Shown piece after piece: positions 26,700-41,447 of a stretch of 64,000 bases of DNA (positions within the stretch are counted from its first letter, which is position 1; each line of letters begins with the position of its first letter). Source of the stretch: Eledone cirrhosa (lineage: Eukaryota); assembly GCA_964016885.1 (NCBI GenBank), contig OZ024751.1:3224001-3288000 (forward strand). The letters are read 5' to 3'. Position numbers and translations under genes: made by a program. Below the pieces are notes generated by a model, which saw only the letters and a list, made by a program, of their open reading frames with translations, was not told where the DNA came from and ran no database searches.

Positions 26700-29600
26700 G
26701 ATCTTTTTTGGGGGAAGCGATTTTTTTCGAAGTTTTTAAAAATAAATCGTAAGCCCGAATATTCAGATTTATTTTTAAAAACTTCGAAAAAAATCGCTTC
26801 CCCCACCAAAAGAAAATTATGGAAATTTTCGACCTTGAAACGGTAAACAACGTTCAGGTCAAAAGTTTAAAGGCAGCCACTGCAGATTTCACCACAACTA
26901 CGACGGCTACAGTCATGCCTGTCATCCACTCTACTGAATGTGAAGGCAAAACTCAAAAGCTACCATCACAACCTTCTGCCATAGCAGCAGTATCATCTGA
27001 AAACGACATCACCACCACCGCCACCACCACCACCACCACAACAACAACTCAGAGCAATAACGACAATAACACCGACAGCTTCAATGTAAACAAGGATGGC
27101 GGTGGCAACAGCAAGAATGACGACAACAACAACAATAAGAGCATCAGAAACACCACATTTGCTGCAGCAGCAAAAACAAAACGCTTATTGAATTTGATAT
27201 TGATATTAGCGATAAAGACGAACAGTTGGCCAAAGCGTGGAGGCTAATTAAACAGGAGAAGTCCTGGGCAAACCAGACCATCCTGGACGAGGCAATAGCG
27301 GCCATGCAAAGGAGGACGGTGCTCTTTCGATGTATTTCGGTGCAGACACGAAAAGTGGAACTTGCGAGCCAAGCAGAGGTAGAGGCTGCTTTGGAGTACA
27401 TCGGAAGTAACATAGAGTACAAAGCAAGAGGCAAACAGTTCGGTACCATCTCGGTACTGTTCAAAACCGAGGCCCTCGCAGAACGGAACGCATTATCATG
27501 CATCCCTCCTATATGGGTAAAAAGACAGTGAAGGTACGCATTCCCAGTATCCCACCAGGAATGAACATATGGTGGCTGCTGGGATGCGTAATCGAGGAGG
27601 GGAAGACACTACCCTCCTTGACATCAAATGGACAGAGAGAGAAGACTGGCCCGAAATGGATTTGGAGATTCTTCTCCAAATGAAACCGGATGATATGAAT
27701 AACATCCCGGATTTTGCCCGCCTGCAGGACGGGACAACAATCCAACTAATGATTGACGGAAGAAGGCCACGCTGCTTCGTCTGCGGGGAAGCAACGCATC
27801 TTCAAGCCTTCTGCCCTCAGCGCAAACATGCAGGGGGGTCGCAAACCTCCTTTGTTGCCAACGCCAGTGTCAGCACGGAAAGCTGCACCACCACCACCAC
27901 CACCACCACTAAAAACAACATCAACAAAAACACGGACACCAACATCAAAAGCAGCCGGATCACCACCAACACCAAAACCAATCCAAGGAGAAAACGAGGA
28001 AAGCTCTCCCCCCCCCCCCCAATTATACACATAGACAAAACAATAAACGCACACACAGACACAGAGACACTCACAGACACAGACCCTTTGTCTTCCAGCA
28101 GCGAAGATGAAGGAAAACCCAAAAGTGCAAAAAAAAACAGAGAAAACTCACAAAAAAAGCCCCAACAAAACACAAAAACACACAACAAAAAATACAGACA
28201 CCACTAACGCAAACACTTCCCCAATAACATCATCACCAACAGCAACATCGACACCCCCTCCACAATCCCCGAAACGCAAACAACCTTAACAAACACAAGT
28301 ACAAATAAACACACAAATACCTGAAATTGCAGACACCACACCTACAACAAACATAGACATACCCGAAACAACACAACCAAAACCATCGCCACCACCTTCA
28401 CCAAAACGAAAACAAATAAAACCACACCAACAAAATGTTAAAAACTTCGTGCTTGTCAGAAGGGCCAACGATAAACTGATGGCCTTCTTAGCGCGAAGCG
28501 AGGACATTCAAACAGAGGGGCAGATTTTTGAAATGAGCACATTTTTCGTGCCAGAAGATTTGCTTCTGGTCCGAATGTCACTCAATTCCTTCAAAGAAAT
28601 TCGAGAGAGCTTTCCCCAAGACGTGGGAACCCCGAATGTGAAACCCACATCGAGACTTTTAAAGGGGTTCCCAAAAGAAACCCCACCAACCATGGAGGTC
28701 GAACCACCCGACCTTCACAAGATCCGGGAGGTAAGTAAACCTTCCCCCTCTCTCTCTTAGCTTACCAATATGGCCATATTAAGAGTAGGAAGTTTAAATG
28801 TTCGCGGCCTGGGGTCACCCTGGAAGCAGGGTCGCCTGCTCAACGACCTCCGGTCGCTGGAAATGGATGTGATTGCCGTAAGCGAGAACAGAATTTCCGA
28901 CACGCGCGCACTAGCCCCCATTTTCGACGTCTATCAGATCTTCGCATCTGTTAGCAGGCCGGGAATGTGGGGTGGGGTGGCAGTGCTGTTTAGGAAAGGA
29001 CTGGATCTCGAGGTAAGGTCGATCTTCCGAGACCCGGACGGTAAGTTGGTGGTCTTGGATGTGAGCAGTAGCGAAGGTGGTGCTTTTAGACTGCTGGCCG
29101 TCTACGCCCCTACAGGGGCCGAACGACCTGACTTCTTTAGGCGCCTGGAGACTTTTCTGGGTACGTCTCGCCCTTTACTGTTAGCGGGGGACTGGAATGG
29201 CATCTTAGACGCACGCTTGGATTGTGTGGGAGTAGCCGATAGGAGCGGGGGGTGCAAAAGCCTCAAGCACCTACTCAGCCAGTTCCAACTGTCTGACAGG
29301 TATCGACTAGATTTCCTCAATGTGCCAGTATGAACATGGACCAACCGAATGGGGTCATCTAGATCGTATATAGACAGGATCTTCATTAGGAAAATAGATA
29401 GAAATAGTGTGGGCTGTCCACTTTTTAAAACGGTCGCCTATTCAGATCACAAATTTGTGATCTGTACGGTCGACCTAAATAAAACGCGTAGGTTAGGACC
29501 GGGTTACTGGAAGCTGAACATGTCATTTCCGGCACGTAAGGCTTACAGGGACCGAGTCAACAATTTAGTTAAGCAAAAGTTGACAGGGGGGATCATCAAC

Positions 29601-32472
29601 AACAGATGGTGGGGGGGGGCTCTCAAAAGAGAGATTAGAGTAACTTCGATAGAGTTCAACAAAGAACTAGCGTTAGAGAAAAATAGAAAGGAGGGGGAGC
29701 TGGTAGATAAGTTAGACGAGGCTATTTGTAGTGGCATCGCAACTGACGTGCTAGCGGCGAGAATGGCATTAGACCATTTCTTCAATGCCAAACACGAAGG
29801 TTGCATTGTCAGAGCTAAGGCGGGTGCGCTGAGAAACGAGGGAACTAAATCTGTTCGATGGGCCCGCGTGGCGGAGGCGCAGCGTGGTAATAAAACCACA
29901 ATTTAGTCTTTGGCGGACCGAGACGGACACGAGATAAGCGATTCCAAGCGGATGTGTGAGACCTTTCGCCAGCACTTTGCTCGGTTGTTCAGGGAGAGTG
30001 GCGAGTCAGAGAGAGTAGCGGATTTCAGTCCCTACCTTGACGGCTTGCCGCGCATCTGGACGGTCGACGCTGAGCGCTGCGAAAGGCCGATTACTTCAGC
30101 CGAAATTCAGGACGCCCTTGTCGGCTGCATGAGGCGCAAGTCACCCGGTTTGGATGGCCTGCCCTACGAGCTTTACGTAAATATGCCAGACTTGTTCTCC
30201 GAACTCCTCAAAGCACTCTACTGCAACTGGCAGCAGAATGGGAGTATTCCCAGTTCTGTGAGTAGGGGAGTGGTGACGCTGATAAGGAAAGACAAGAACA
30301 AGAGGGATACATTAGACAACTTCAGGCCCATAACTCTGCTCAACACAGAGTTTAAGATTTTGGCCAAGGTGTTAGCAAAGAGATTGGCGCTTGTCGTCGA
30401 GGATTTGGTTGGGGAGGCGCAAACTTGCGCAATCCCAGCCAGGTCCATACGCGACAATCTCCACCTCATGCGATACATCATAGAGAGGGTAGGGTGTAAA
30501 CCTGGCTTCGGTGGGGCACTGATCAATTTAGATCAATCGAAAGCATTCGATAGAGTCGACCATCAGTATCTGGAGTTTGTCCTCAAAGCAGCTGGCTTCG
30601 GCCCTGTCTTAAGAAGCTGGATCGTTTCAATGCACAGCGGCACACGCTCGGTGGTCAAGGTTAATGGCCACCTCTCGGAACCATTTCGGCTCTCCCGATC
30701 GGTCCGTCAAGGGTGCCCTCTCTCTTCCCTTCTGTACGTATTGACTCTCGAGCCTTTACTGCGGAAGCTGGAGCTGTTGGAGGGCATCCCGCTCGAACCG
30801 GGACGTGGAAAGGCAGTGTCGGCTTATGCGGACGACATCACTGTGATGGTGTCGAACACCTCAGAAATCGAGGTAGTCGGTACCTTATTGAAGGAATATG
30901 AAAGGTTGACAGAAGCCAAACTTAAGCCGGAAAAGTCGGTGGGCTTGCAGCTCGGAACCTGGAGAGGCAAGCCCATGCCGTCCAACAGCGTTGTGTGGCG
31001 CTGGACGGACGGGCCGGTAAAGTTGCTCGGGGTTTGGTTCGGACCAGACCTCCGGGTGGAAAAGAATTGGGACAAGGTAACGAGCAGAGTAGCCAGTCTC
31101 ACCCAAAAATGGGCTGGGAGGAAGCTATCACTGAAAGGTCGCGCGGAGGTGGCGAACGCGTACTTCGCGTCCGTCATCTACTACCGCCTAACTGTCGTGC
31201 CTTGCTCCCGTCCGCGCCTCGTCAAGTTGGAACGGCTCCTCTTCAAATTCTTGTGGAGGGGACAAGTTCCGTTGGTGAGGCGGTCCATCTGCTGCCAGCA
31301 CCCTCTACGCGGAGGGCTGGGCATGCCGTGGCTAATGATGCGCAGACATGCGTTGAGGCTGTGACATCTCCAGATATTCTGCCTCAATGGTGAACAGGTG
31401 TGGTCGCCGTTTATCAGACGGGCTTTTCCGCAGCTCATTTCTTTGACTGAGCTGCAGTCCTGGGTCAAGAAGAGACCGAGACTGTATGACTGGCACCTGG
31501 AATGTTGCCAGGCACTCACTGTCCTCTACCAAGCGGACAATGCGATCAGTGGAACTTCCACTCTCGAGTTCTATAGAGGATTAGTGGTGGGTAAGTGCGA
31601 TGACGCACTCGGAGAAGCTTTGGGCCTCGACGAAGTCGAACTGACCAGTCTGTACCGGAGGACTTTTGAGCCGGGGACGATGGACAATTTCCAGAAATCC
31701 CTCGCTTGGCAGTGCTACCGGGGGGCACTGCCGGTTCGGGATAAACTCTACAGGAACGGAAGTGCTGTCAGACGGACCTACCCAAGATGCGCACAGAACG
31801 ACGAAACCGTTCTGCACGCACTTGTCCAATGTCCGTGCATTACTGACTTGTGGAGTTATGTCGAACAGCTACTGTCGCGTGTGGAACGAATCCGGCTATC
31901 GGCCGAGTCCATAGTGAAGATCGAGCCGCCACCTTCCTTAGGTCAGGAAGAGCAGGAAATGTTCCTCTGTCTGGTGGCAGTTACGAAAGAGATTATATGG
32001 TGGACCAGGTTGAAAGGACTAAAGACAGTCCTTTTCTCTTCGGCCAATCCCTCATCAACTTCTTCAAGTTTCACCTGGAAAGGAGGATGAGGGTGGAGAG
32101 AGAAGTGCTGCCCCCCAGTACATTTACTAAAAGGTGGGTGAATGTGGCGAGAATGGCTCGTGTGAATGGGCCTACTCTGACCATGCGCCTATAGGCTAAC
32201 TAACTTGAGGAGAGGGGTGCTCTCCCTGGGTGCCCTAGAAGCGCAGGGGGGGTTCAGGATTGGTGGGGTACCCGAATCACCCCAGGGTTGTCCACCCCCT
32301 ATCGGGGAATTTATTTTGTTATATTTATGCATAGTTTATTTTATATTTTTATATTTTCATTGTTAAATTAGTCTTGCCATTGTGCACTTTTACTCGACCT
32401 TATTGTAAACCCCCACTGTCCCTGTCTTTGTATTGTCCCCTACATGTCGGCCCTTGTGGCTAATAAATGAAA

Positions 32473-32531
<59 letters not shown>
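26700..32531 (+). mobile_element. Near full-length Tx1-type LINE D (disrupted)
   Basis: ORF1 pieces 26819-28760 with CFVCGEATHLQAFC knuckle; ORF2 pieces 28770-32194 with APE (GSLNVRG, VYAP, GDWN, SDH), RT (YADD) and a decayed zinc finger; AATAAA + (ATT)n tail. Confidence 0.93.
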
Positions 32532-32532
<1 letters not shown>

Positions 32533-35500
32533 CTTGAATCTCAGTCATTGATGTTAGTTAACTGGAAAGTCCGTTGGAATGAATATCAAGCCACTACCTG
32601 CAGCCTCAGATATTCAGGACGTATCGGAGGGTTCTTGCTGTTCCCAGCAAGCATGACTTTTGAAGCGTTCCAAAAAGCGTGAAGAGGCCGATTTTCTTTA
32701 ACCATCCCTGGAAACTTTTGGAGATAGTCCCCAGTGCGCCTATGACAATCGGGATCACTTTGACTTCATGGCAGTTCCAAATACTTTTTACCTCCCACTT
32801 TAAGTCCTGGTATCGGTTAATTTTCTCCCTCTCCTTCTCTTGCATTCTTGTGTCGAATGGGCAGGCCACATCCACAATCAGACACGATCTTTTTTCTTTG
32901 TCCACAACCACCAGGTCAGGCCTATTGTGTTCCAGTTTCTTGTCCGTCTGTATCCTAAAATCCCACAGCACCTTCACCTGATCGTTCTCCATCACCGCCT
33001 CTGTCTTATGCTCATACCATTTCTCAGAATGTGGTAAATTGTTTACTTTGCACAGGTGCCAGTGGATCACCCTGCCCATCACATCATGTCTCCAGCCCTT
33101 ATAGTGGGTCTGGGCTAGGTGTTTACACTCGGATATGTTAGCCACAGTCTCCTCTCTCTCCACAGATCCTGCACAGTGGGCTAGCCTCCTCCTTGTAAAT
33201 ATAGTGTTTCAACCACTTCGTTTTGAGGGCCTGCTCCTGCGCAGCCATTAACATTCCTTCTGTAGCCTTTTTAAGGTCTCCTCTTCTTAACCAGTTCCAT
33301 GTCTGTGGATCTCTAAATTCAGTTTTCTCAAAGAAGGTACTATGAAGGGATTTTTCCTGAAGGCTGCTCTTTCTCCTTGATGTTATTTCCTCCTTGGACA
33401 TCCTCTGGCCTATTGTCCCCTCCTTCAGTACAGTTCTGAGCATTGGCTCCTTACTATCAGTCACGTATTTGTGTAGGTTGTTTTTCTCCATCTGAACACA
33501 GTCCTCTATGCTGATAAGACCTCTTCCACCCTCAGATCTCCTTCGGTAGAGTCTATCGACATCACTCCTCTTGTGGAACATGTTGTCAATAGCTTCCTAG
33601 TCTTCCTATCCATTTCTTTTTGTTCAGCAACATTCCATCTCAGAATTCCCGCACTGTACCTAATAATAGACACAGCTCGGGAATTTACTGCGCTTATGGC
33701 ATTTCTGCTGTTCAGATGTGACTTCAATACGCTCCTTACTCTCCGAATGTATTCAGTTCTTAACAATTCCTTCATTTTTTTGTTCTTTATGCCATCAGCC
33801 TCCAGAACGCCCAAATACTTATATCACTGCTGAAAATACGGACAGTGTCAACAAGCACATCCAACTCCTTCTCACTCTTCCCGAAGAGCTTAAGATCGTC
33901 CATGAAGAGGAGGTGATTGATGGTAAGCCCTCCCTTTCCCAACCCGTATCCTGCTCTCACTTTTCGCAGTACACTGGTCAGGGGCATCAGGGCAAGGACA
34001 AACAGAGGGGACAGGCTATCTCCCTGGAAGATACCTCTCTTGATCTTCACGCTTCCCAAGGATTCTCCAGTTGATGTCAACTCTGTTTCCCAGGACCTCA
34101 TACTCTTGCCCAACAACTGTCTGATGTTATCTGCCACCTTGAAGATCTCCAGGCTTTTGGTGATCCAAGAATGAGGCACCATGTCAAATGCCTTTCTGTA
34201 GTCTATCCATCCCATGGCAAGATCAGTGTGTCTCCTCCTGCAATTCCCCATTACCATCTTATCAATAAGTAACTGGTCCTTTGTACAACGTGACTTCTTT
34301 CGGCATCCTTTCTGTTCGTCCGGTAACAAGTTGTTTGTGTGGAGGTGATGGTAGATTTCCTCAGACACAATGCTCGTCAACAGTTTCCACATTACGGACA
34401 GACATGTGATAGGTCTATAGTTGGTAACATCATTACCCTTGATTCAGTCTTTCATTATCAGAACTGTGGTACCTTTTGTCAACCACTCTGGTACCTCACC
34501 TGACATCAAGCAGTCATTGAACATGGTTGTCAGTTTCGGGTGGAGGGATGTTATATTTTTAATCCAATACCCCTGCACACCATCTGGGCCTGGTGATTTC
34601 CAGTTGGTTAGTTTTTTGGCCTGCACCTTAAGAGTTTCAACTGTGATACTCGAATCAGTTTGTTGGTGTGCCTGCTCACCGATCTCCCTCTGTACTGTCT
34701 CAATCCACCCTGCCTGGTCATTATGTCTAACATCCTGCTCCCATATTCCTCTCCAGAATGTTTTAGTTTGTTCCGCCTCAGGGATCAAGTCGTTGCCTCT
34801 TTCTTTCCCCTCAAGCTGTCCAAACAGCATCTTCTGGTTGTTGTCGAACATGCGGTTCTGTTTATACTGACTGACTCTGTTCTCGTATCGCCTAATTTTT
34901 GCACTCTTTGCTATAATGCGTTGCTTCTGTTCCTCTATGATAATATTTAGCTTTTTCCTCCTAGTTTTGTACTTTATTTCCAGTCTATTTTTAGTGCCTA
35001 TGTTTTTTAGTGTCCCATTCAGTAGTGACTCAAGCTTTCCAATGTCATTTCTCATTTCCCTGATTTGACCACTCAGTCGTTTCTTCCACCAAGGCTCTGC
35101 TCTTTCTTGTCTGTTGTTTCCTCTCGCTTTTATACCAAGTAGTTTCCTCACCGTATTTGCTGTTGCTTTGAGGATATTGTTGCACTGGTGAAGGCTCCTC
35201 GCCTCAAGGTATGGGATGACTTTGTTTACCTTAGCTGTTGTTTCTTTTAACTTTTTCCTGTCTACAAATCTTAGGTTCATAGGTCTCCCACTATCATTGT
35301 TCAATTCATCTACCACTTAATTTAGGATGTCAACCGAATCTTGTCCTAGCCCGTCAGCATTCATCTCCACAGTGGCCGTATCTCTGTTCCAGGTATTATT
35401 TATCTCAGTATTCAGATCATTGTCTGCTTCGGGTGGTTCCTCCGTTCTCTCGACCTCTTCACCTTCTTTTCCCACTGGCTCGTTTGCCTGGAATACTCCA

Positions 35501-36204
35501 CCCTCCATCTCCAAGCTAATCTCTCTGCTCAGTTCCTCCAGTTCCAGCTCGCTTATCCACCCATTAGTTCTTATTACCCGAGCCTACCCGGCCAATTTTT
35601 GTTCATCTAATTTAAATAGACCAATCTCGTTCCAGATGTTATGCATCCGTCTCCTATAGCCCCTCTCCTTGGGGTTACTTTTCAGGTAACATTGCATAAC
35701 AGTTCTATTCAATTCTTTCGTCCAGTTGGTTCTGGTCCCTTTCCTTCTTCTTCTTCCTCCGACACCAGCAGTATTTGGTTGACAGCCAGGTTCCTGCTGC
35801 TGAGCCAGGGAGCACCTGTTGGGTGAGAGTCTGTCACATGACGTTCTAGTCTCCATTTCACCGTTATTCGAACTGTTTAGGTTCGATATTTAAACACTCT
35901 TATCGAGGATTGGCGAATGTATGGTTACATAATCATCTGTGGATTCACTGTCTCCGGTGGTTGCGCCGCTCCACTTGGCTCTTGTGTGGCATTATCACCA
36001 CGCTGTAGGCGAACACAAATAAACAAACAAACAAACAGGCAGAAAAAACCCCAAAAATGAATAAGCATAAGTTTCATTGTAATGTAGTGTTCGAATGTCT
36101 GACTTAGTTTTTCCCTTCTCTTCTCTGTCCGTCCGCTTGTTTCTCTCTTCATTCTTATTTTCTTTACGTTTTTTTTTGTTTTTGTTTTTCTCTGTTTGTT
36201 TTTC

Positions 36205-36206
<2 letters not shown>
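32532..36206 (-). mobile_element. R4/Dong family B element (disrupted ORF ~32606-35900)
   Basis: [43 protein letters not shown]; (ATT)n at both ends. Confidence 0.93.
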
Positions 36207-36262
<56 letters not shown>

Positions 36263-36263
<1 letters not shown>

Positions 36264-39200
36264 TTTCTTTCATTATTATTTTTGAGATATATGCCGAGTG
36301 TCTTCCTGACACCTAGGGCAAATAAATTCACAGTGCGCATTGGTAAGCCAGTTAATACAGCACATTGATTATAATGAAAAAATAAAAAAGTATACATATA
36401 TACACATGTGCATATGCATATGTAAATACAAGGAGGGATATCAATCTTACAGAGATAGTGCTCTTCTCAATACGTGTGCAGTACCAGTCAAAACAATTTT
36501 TTGACTTCTTGATAATTCCCAGTCCTCCCACAATCACTGGTATTGTAACGGCCTTGAGGTGACACATTTTCTCAATTTCAATAAGCAGATCTTTATATTT
36601 TCGTAGCTTGTCAAATTCTTTTGCCGCGATATTGTGATCACATGGGATGCTCATATATATCAATAAACAGACCTTGTTATGTTGATCTTTTACAATGATG
36701 TCAGGTCTATTTGCTTTTATTTGTAGTATATACAGGAAAGTCCCAGAGAATTGTTACTTTTTCTCCTTCAGTTACAGCCTCAGGGTGATGATTGTACCAC
36801 TTGTCTTCAGCTTTGATTTTGTAATGCCAACATATTACCCAGTGTATATATTGGCCAACTCTGTCATGTCTATATTTGTATTCTACTGGTGCTAAAACTT
36901 TACATCCAGAGACTGAGTGATCCACTGTTTCAACCTCAGCATTGCAGAATCGGCACTTTGGGTTTATTCCGTTTCTCATCACACTGGCCTGGTAATTACG
37001 CGTCAATAAGCTTTGATATGGGCAGCTAAGATGAAGCCTTCACTCTCCGCCTTTAGCCCTGAACTACGTAGCCACTGATGGGTGTGCTTTTGGTCAACAA
37101 CAGCTTGTTTGCTACGGGCCACATATTTGCCATTCAGAGGTTTCTGCTCCAAATTTGATGCTAATTGTCCTTGCCCTTTTGCTTTTGCCAGTGATTTTAT
37201 GTTCTTAGCAGCATCAGTTGCAACAGTTTCTTTAGTCTGTCCAGCCTAGGTATCAAGCATGAGATCAATAGCATGTTTTTGGCTCTCCTTCAAGATAGAA
37301 TGAAGCTTCTTACTTCTCTCATGCTTTTCAACATGTTTCAGCATACAGTCGTTAGTTGTTTCAAGGTATTTGGCCAGTCCAATGATGGTGGTCTTGTAAG
37401 CAAGTTCAAATTGGATCAGGCCACGGCCTCCTTGAGTTCTAAGAAGGTAAAGGCGATCCACATTTGCTTTTGGGTGGTGCATCCTATTACAGGTGAGTAG
37501 CTTACGGACTTTGGTGTCGATTCTTTTGATTTCACTCATATTCCAGTTCAACACACCGAAGCTATAAGTGACAACTGGGACTGCCAAGGAATTTATGGCT
37601 AGCACCTTGTTACGAGCGTTTAGTTCTGATCTCAGAACTGCACGTACTCTCCTGTAACATTCTTTCCTTATCCTCTCTTTTATACTTGCATGCTGTATAC
37701 CAGAGCCCTCATTAATCCCTAAGTATTTATAGGTTTGTTCCTGCTCAAGTTACTTTATGATTGTTTCAGCATCCAATTCAACTGAGTCTGAGTTGACAAG
37801 CTTCCCCTTCTTGAAAGTGGCTTTTGCATACTTGTCAAGTCCAAACTCCATCCTGATGTCATCGCTAAACGTTTTTACTGTCCGCAAAAGGCCTTCCAGT
37901 TCGTCATTATCTTTGCAATATAGCTTCAAATCATCCATATAAAATAGGTGGCTTATTTTTTTGTTGTCATTTCTATAACCGTACCCTGTTCTATTAAGCT
38001 TGGATGTAAGGGGTATTAAAGCTATGCAGAAAAGCAAGGGTGAATGGGAGTCACCCTGAAATATACCACAGTTGATGTTTATATTCCTAGAGCACAGTAC
38101 CCCAGTGGAATGAGACAATTGGAGATTTGTGTTCCATAATGACATATTGTGTTTCAGGAAGTTTGACATCACAGGTGAGATTTTGAAGATGCCCAGTGAT
38201 TTCAGAATCCATGAGTGTGGTATGCTGTCAAAGGCTTTTCTATAATCGATCCATGCAGAACTGAGATTTCTGAGTTTATTATGACAGTTCTCAACGATTA
38301 ATCAAAAGTTGATCTTTACAACCATATGAACCTCGTCGGCACCCTTTTTGTTCAATGGGGAAAAGATTGTTCTCCTCCAAAAACACGTATGCTTTTCCAT
38401 GAGAATAGAGGTTAATAGTTTATAAGTGGTGGACAAGCAAGTTATGGGCCGATAGTTTTTTGGATCTTTGGTTTCGTTGTTCTTTGGTAGAAGGTAGGTA
38501 ATGCCACTTGCTGTCCAATCAGGTGTATTTTTTGGATCTTTCATAATTCCATTAAACAGCTTGACCAATATATTGTGAGTGCACGGGAGTGAGGAAAGTC
38601 AGAAATTTGGCACCCGGTCTCTACCAGGAGATTTCCATTTATGAGATTTATTGAGTGCTGTCCTTAAGTTCGATATAAAGATGTCTTACCACGCCTGATC
38701 TAAATTTGTGTAGAATTTTTCCAGGCGACTAATCCAATCTACATTAGCATTATATGTCTTCTCATCACTCCAAATCTTACTCCAGAAGTTTTCTACTTCT
38801 CTATAAAATGACTTGGCATTGGATGAGAACAACTTATTTTGCCTGTAGAAGTTGTTTGGCTTCTCGAATCTACGAATTCGTTGGGCTTTTACTTGAACTT
38901 TTTGTTTCAGAGATTCTTTTGTTGAAACTATTGCTTCTCTAGAAGACAGTCCATATTTTCTCTTTAGGTTTCTTACCTTCTTGGATCTTATATCATTTCC
39001 AGCGGTTAACTCACTCAATAAAGATATTTCTCCTCTCATTACGTCAATCCCCTTTTCGATTCTACTCCTCCAAATTGGTTTACCTCGAAGATTCGACTTT
39101 TTCTGGGTTTTTTTGTGGTAAACAACTTGTTTCAATTACTCAAGCAGATGCATAAATGATTTCATTTAACTCAGTAAGATCAGGTTCTAGTTCTTCTATG

Positions 39201-40340
39201 ATTTCTTTTGTCACAGATTTACCAATCATTATTTGTTTTCTATTTTGGATTGTATTTGGGAGTTTTTGAAGTGGTTCTCTATAATTTATACTAGAATGTC
39301 TTACTACTGCAAGCTCATTCAGTATTTTTGGCTTTAATTCCTTCATAGTCTCCCTGTGTTCTTCAGCAGAAGTTTGGTTTTCAATTACTGTTTCTAAGTC
39401 CCTCTCCTGGCTATTTTCAGCGGGTTCTCATTTCTACAAACCTATTTGTGATTTGGTCAGATGGAGGTCTTTCAGTAAAGACTTGTAACTGGTTACTATC
39501 TCCAGGAGATTCTTCAGTTCTTTCATCATTTATATTTATATCATTCTCCACAGCCTGTTTGATCGCAGATAGTTCATTGTCTGTGAGTCTATTATTTCTG
39601 AAGATATACCTCCTTACATTTGCCAACTTATTTCCATCCATATCACGTCTGCTAGCTTGATTCCGAGTTTTCCAGATTTTGTAGGAGTTTAAAGTGTGAT
39701 GACTTACCTAATGCATAGTAATATGCATATATTACTTCTTTATACTCTTCTCGGGTCCATTTCATCCTTTTAGGTTTTTCTTTTTGAGGTGGTTTGGGTG
39801 GTGGATCTGGAGGGCTCGAGTTGGGGCAATCTCCGATCAAGTGACCATCCAGGTCCATAATTGGAGAAGAGTTTGTGCCAGAGGAGGACTTTTCGATTTC
39901 AGGTTGGCACCTTCCTGAGGGACGCGCTTCCTGATTAACCATAGGAAAAGCGATTTGGTATTGTGTATTAATTTTTATTTGTTCATCTCGCAGTACATGC
40001 TTGCGTTACGCATGGTATTGGACGTACATGGAAAGTTGCCCGGCTCTTTGAGTAGTGCATTTGCTGGCTGGCACTGAGATCATTATTACTGTTATAATAG
40101 TATAGTTATGGTCATTGCTGTTGTTGATTGAGGTGATATTGTTATGGTTGCAGCTGTAAGAGATGTACCAGAATTTTCTCAACTGTTCTTCTGGTGTGAG
40201 TGGTGTTGGTGGTGGTGGTGGCAGGGAAATTAATGCTGGGGGTGGGGGTGCTGGGAGTGTTAGTGGGTAGGGTGACATTGTAGCTTATAGGAGTTGCTTC
40301 TCCGATGTTATTTTCTGTCTATTTTGAGTTTGAGGTGTAA
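36263..40340 (-). mobile_element. R4/Dong family C element (disrupted ORF ~36450-39942)
   Basis: KWTREEYKEVIYAYY N-terminus, [29 protein letters not shown]...C, RHD; 5' boundary uncertain. Confidence 0.9.
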
Positions 40341-41447
40341 ATGGGGTGTTAGTATTCTTTTTATTCTACCCCTTTGTTTTGTCCTTTATGTGGGCTCCAT
40401 ACATAAATGTACATTCACACGTGCATACTGATACACGCGTATGTATATACACACATATATATATATACCCATACATTAGACACTGAGAAGGGAGGTAGGT
40501 AGCAGTCAGTGACAGTAGTATAAAAATAGATTGGGGATTTACTGGTGTGAATGTGTGAGGAAGTGGTTGTGAATGTGGTGGTGGGAGGGAGAAATGATCT
40601 TTCAACTGTCCATTTTCCTTTCAAAATCTGAAATTTAGCCACAATCGACCAAAATGTAAAAAAAAGAAAATTGTATTGGGGAAATATTTAAAAAATATAT
40701 GCACCTTTCACATCTTCAGCCACAGAGATGATTGCATAATAATTAGTCGGATTTTTGATTAAACAGAACTTATCCCCCAAAATAAACAGTGTGTTTTCCG
40801 ATCTATGTCTGTTTCTTTTCTTCAAATAAGTGTTTCTACTTTTGGCACAATATCTAAACAGCGATTGTAATCGGTAAATATATAAAAATATTTATGCAGT
40901 TCTCACAACTAGTGTCAGATTATTTGTAGAGATAAGTGGTGAAATAATTTGTCGAATTTTCGTGTTAGGGAATACCAAATTAAACAAAACTTACTCCTCG
41001 AAATACGCAACGTGTCGTCCGGTCTACGACTGTTTCTCTTCTTCAGATAGTTTTTTCTTTAAGTTCAAAGAGTGAATGTCTGTATATCTGCATGTTTGTT
41101 TTGTGTACATTTTTCGTTGTGTTTATAATACATGTATGTGTAATATAATCAATAGAGTTTGTTACATATATCGCTTTTCTTTTTGTTTTGATTTAAAATT
41201 CTGAGTAGTGGTGCGGCTGATATTCAGTTTCTTTATTTACAAATATGGTCCGATATTTTAATGAAGAATATTATGTTATAAGGACGATCCGTGTACAAAA
41301 TTTATTTTTTATACGTTTCTTTGGTATTCGTCCATTATGTTTCCACTTCGTTTTCTTAGTGTTTTTATTATTGTTTTGTCGATGGTGTTCGATTTATTTC
41401 AAATCTTGTGGGGAGCTTCGTTATGGGTGTCTTAAAAGGGCGGTGGA

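Noticed and set aside
25215-29333. In-frame TGA codons in Tx1 ORF2 as selenocysteine or programmed readthrough
   Set aside because: They fall at positions that are Trp (TGG) in sister copies and coexist with frameshifts, so ordinary decay
40759-41050. Two diverged ~70-bp similar blocks in the spacer between Dong C and Tx1 E
   Set aside because: Weak similarity in AT-rich sequence; no function or element assignable
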